Assembly (NCBI RefSeq): GCF_036588685.1
Contig: NC_086382.1
Coordinates: 48,918,001-48,982,000, forward strand
Reading direction: 5' to 3'
DNA length: 64,000 bases
Source of the DNA: Mytilus trossulus
Taxonomy: Eukaryota
The notes beneath the pieces were generated by a model that did no database searches, was not told the DNA's origin, and was given only the letters and a program-made list of their open reading frames with translations. Below, in pieces: positions 63,787 through 64,000 of this stretch. Each line of letters opens with the position of its first letter. The stretch's first letter is position 1. The translations under genes and the position numbers were made by a program.

Positions 63787-63990
63787 ATCGTCAAATGATA
63801 GTAAGCTGATTCCAAAAATATATTGTTTCCATACATTTTTTTTAAATAAGGGAGATAATTTGTTACTTCCGGTTTGAAAATGTTACTTCCGATTATATTT
63901 GAATATTTACTTGACACTGATTCCAAAAATATCTGGTTCTATATACTTTTATATTAATAAAGTACAAAAAAATAGCTACTTCCGGTTTAC
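63787..63990 (+). repeat. Short tandem duplication (~130-bp period) with TACTTCCG motifs
   Basis: CTGATTCCAAAAATAT at about 63787 and 63917. TACTTCCG occurs three times. Confidence 0.5.
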
Positions 63991-64000
63991 AAAAGGTCAC

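Overview
AT-rich, intron-rich eukaryotic DNA. The repeat landscape strongly suggests a mytilid mussel (Mytilus-like); this is inference. Three spliced genes were rebuilt by hand from GT-AG sites with consistent phases. (1) ACAD8-like isobutyryl-CoA dehydrogenase, + strand, 11 exons, 533..14405, 425 aa. (2) A secreted mosaic protein, SP-[ShK-LU]x2-Thr-rich stalk-non-canonical C-type lectin, + strand, 12 exons, 19432..30916, 463 aa. (3) A 5'-partial VWDE-like type I membrane protein (>=3 UMOD/GP2 D8C domains, Ser/Thr mucin exon, VWD, EGF, TM), - strand, 20 exons visible, 36004..63658, >=1548 aa. Introns and intergenic DNA are packed with mobile DNA: a 5'-truncated L2 LINE with an intact RT frame, a three-level nest of DNA transposons, P-, Kolobok- and Tc1-type MITEs, pearl/Helentron-like elements, SINE fragments and several dispersed families. 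The most notable non-coding signals are a dispersed family carrying minimal type I hammerhead ribozymes (one catalytically intact copy lies in sense orientation in an intron of gene 2), inverted repeat pairs bracketing exons (circRNA/skipping geometry), and a MITE whose insertion duplicated a splice donor. No prokaryotic, CRISPR, rRNA or tRNA genes were seen.
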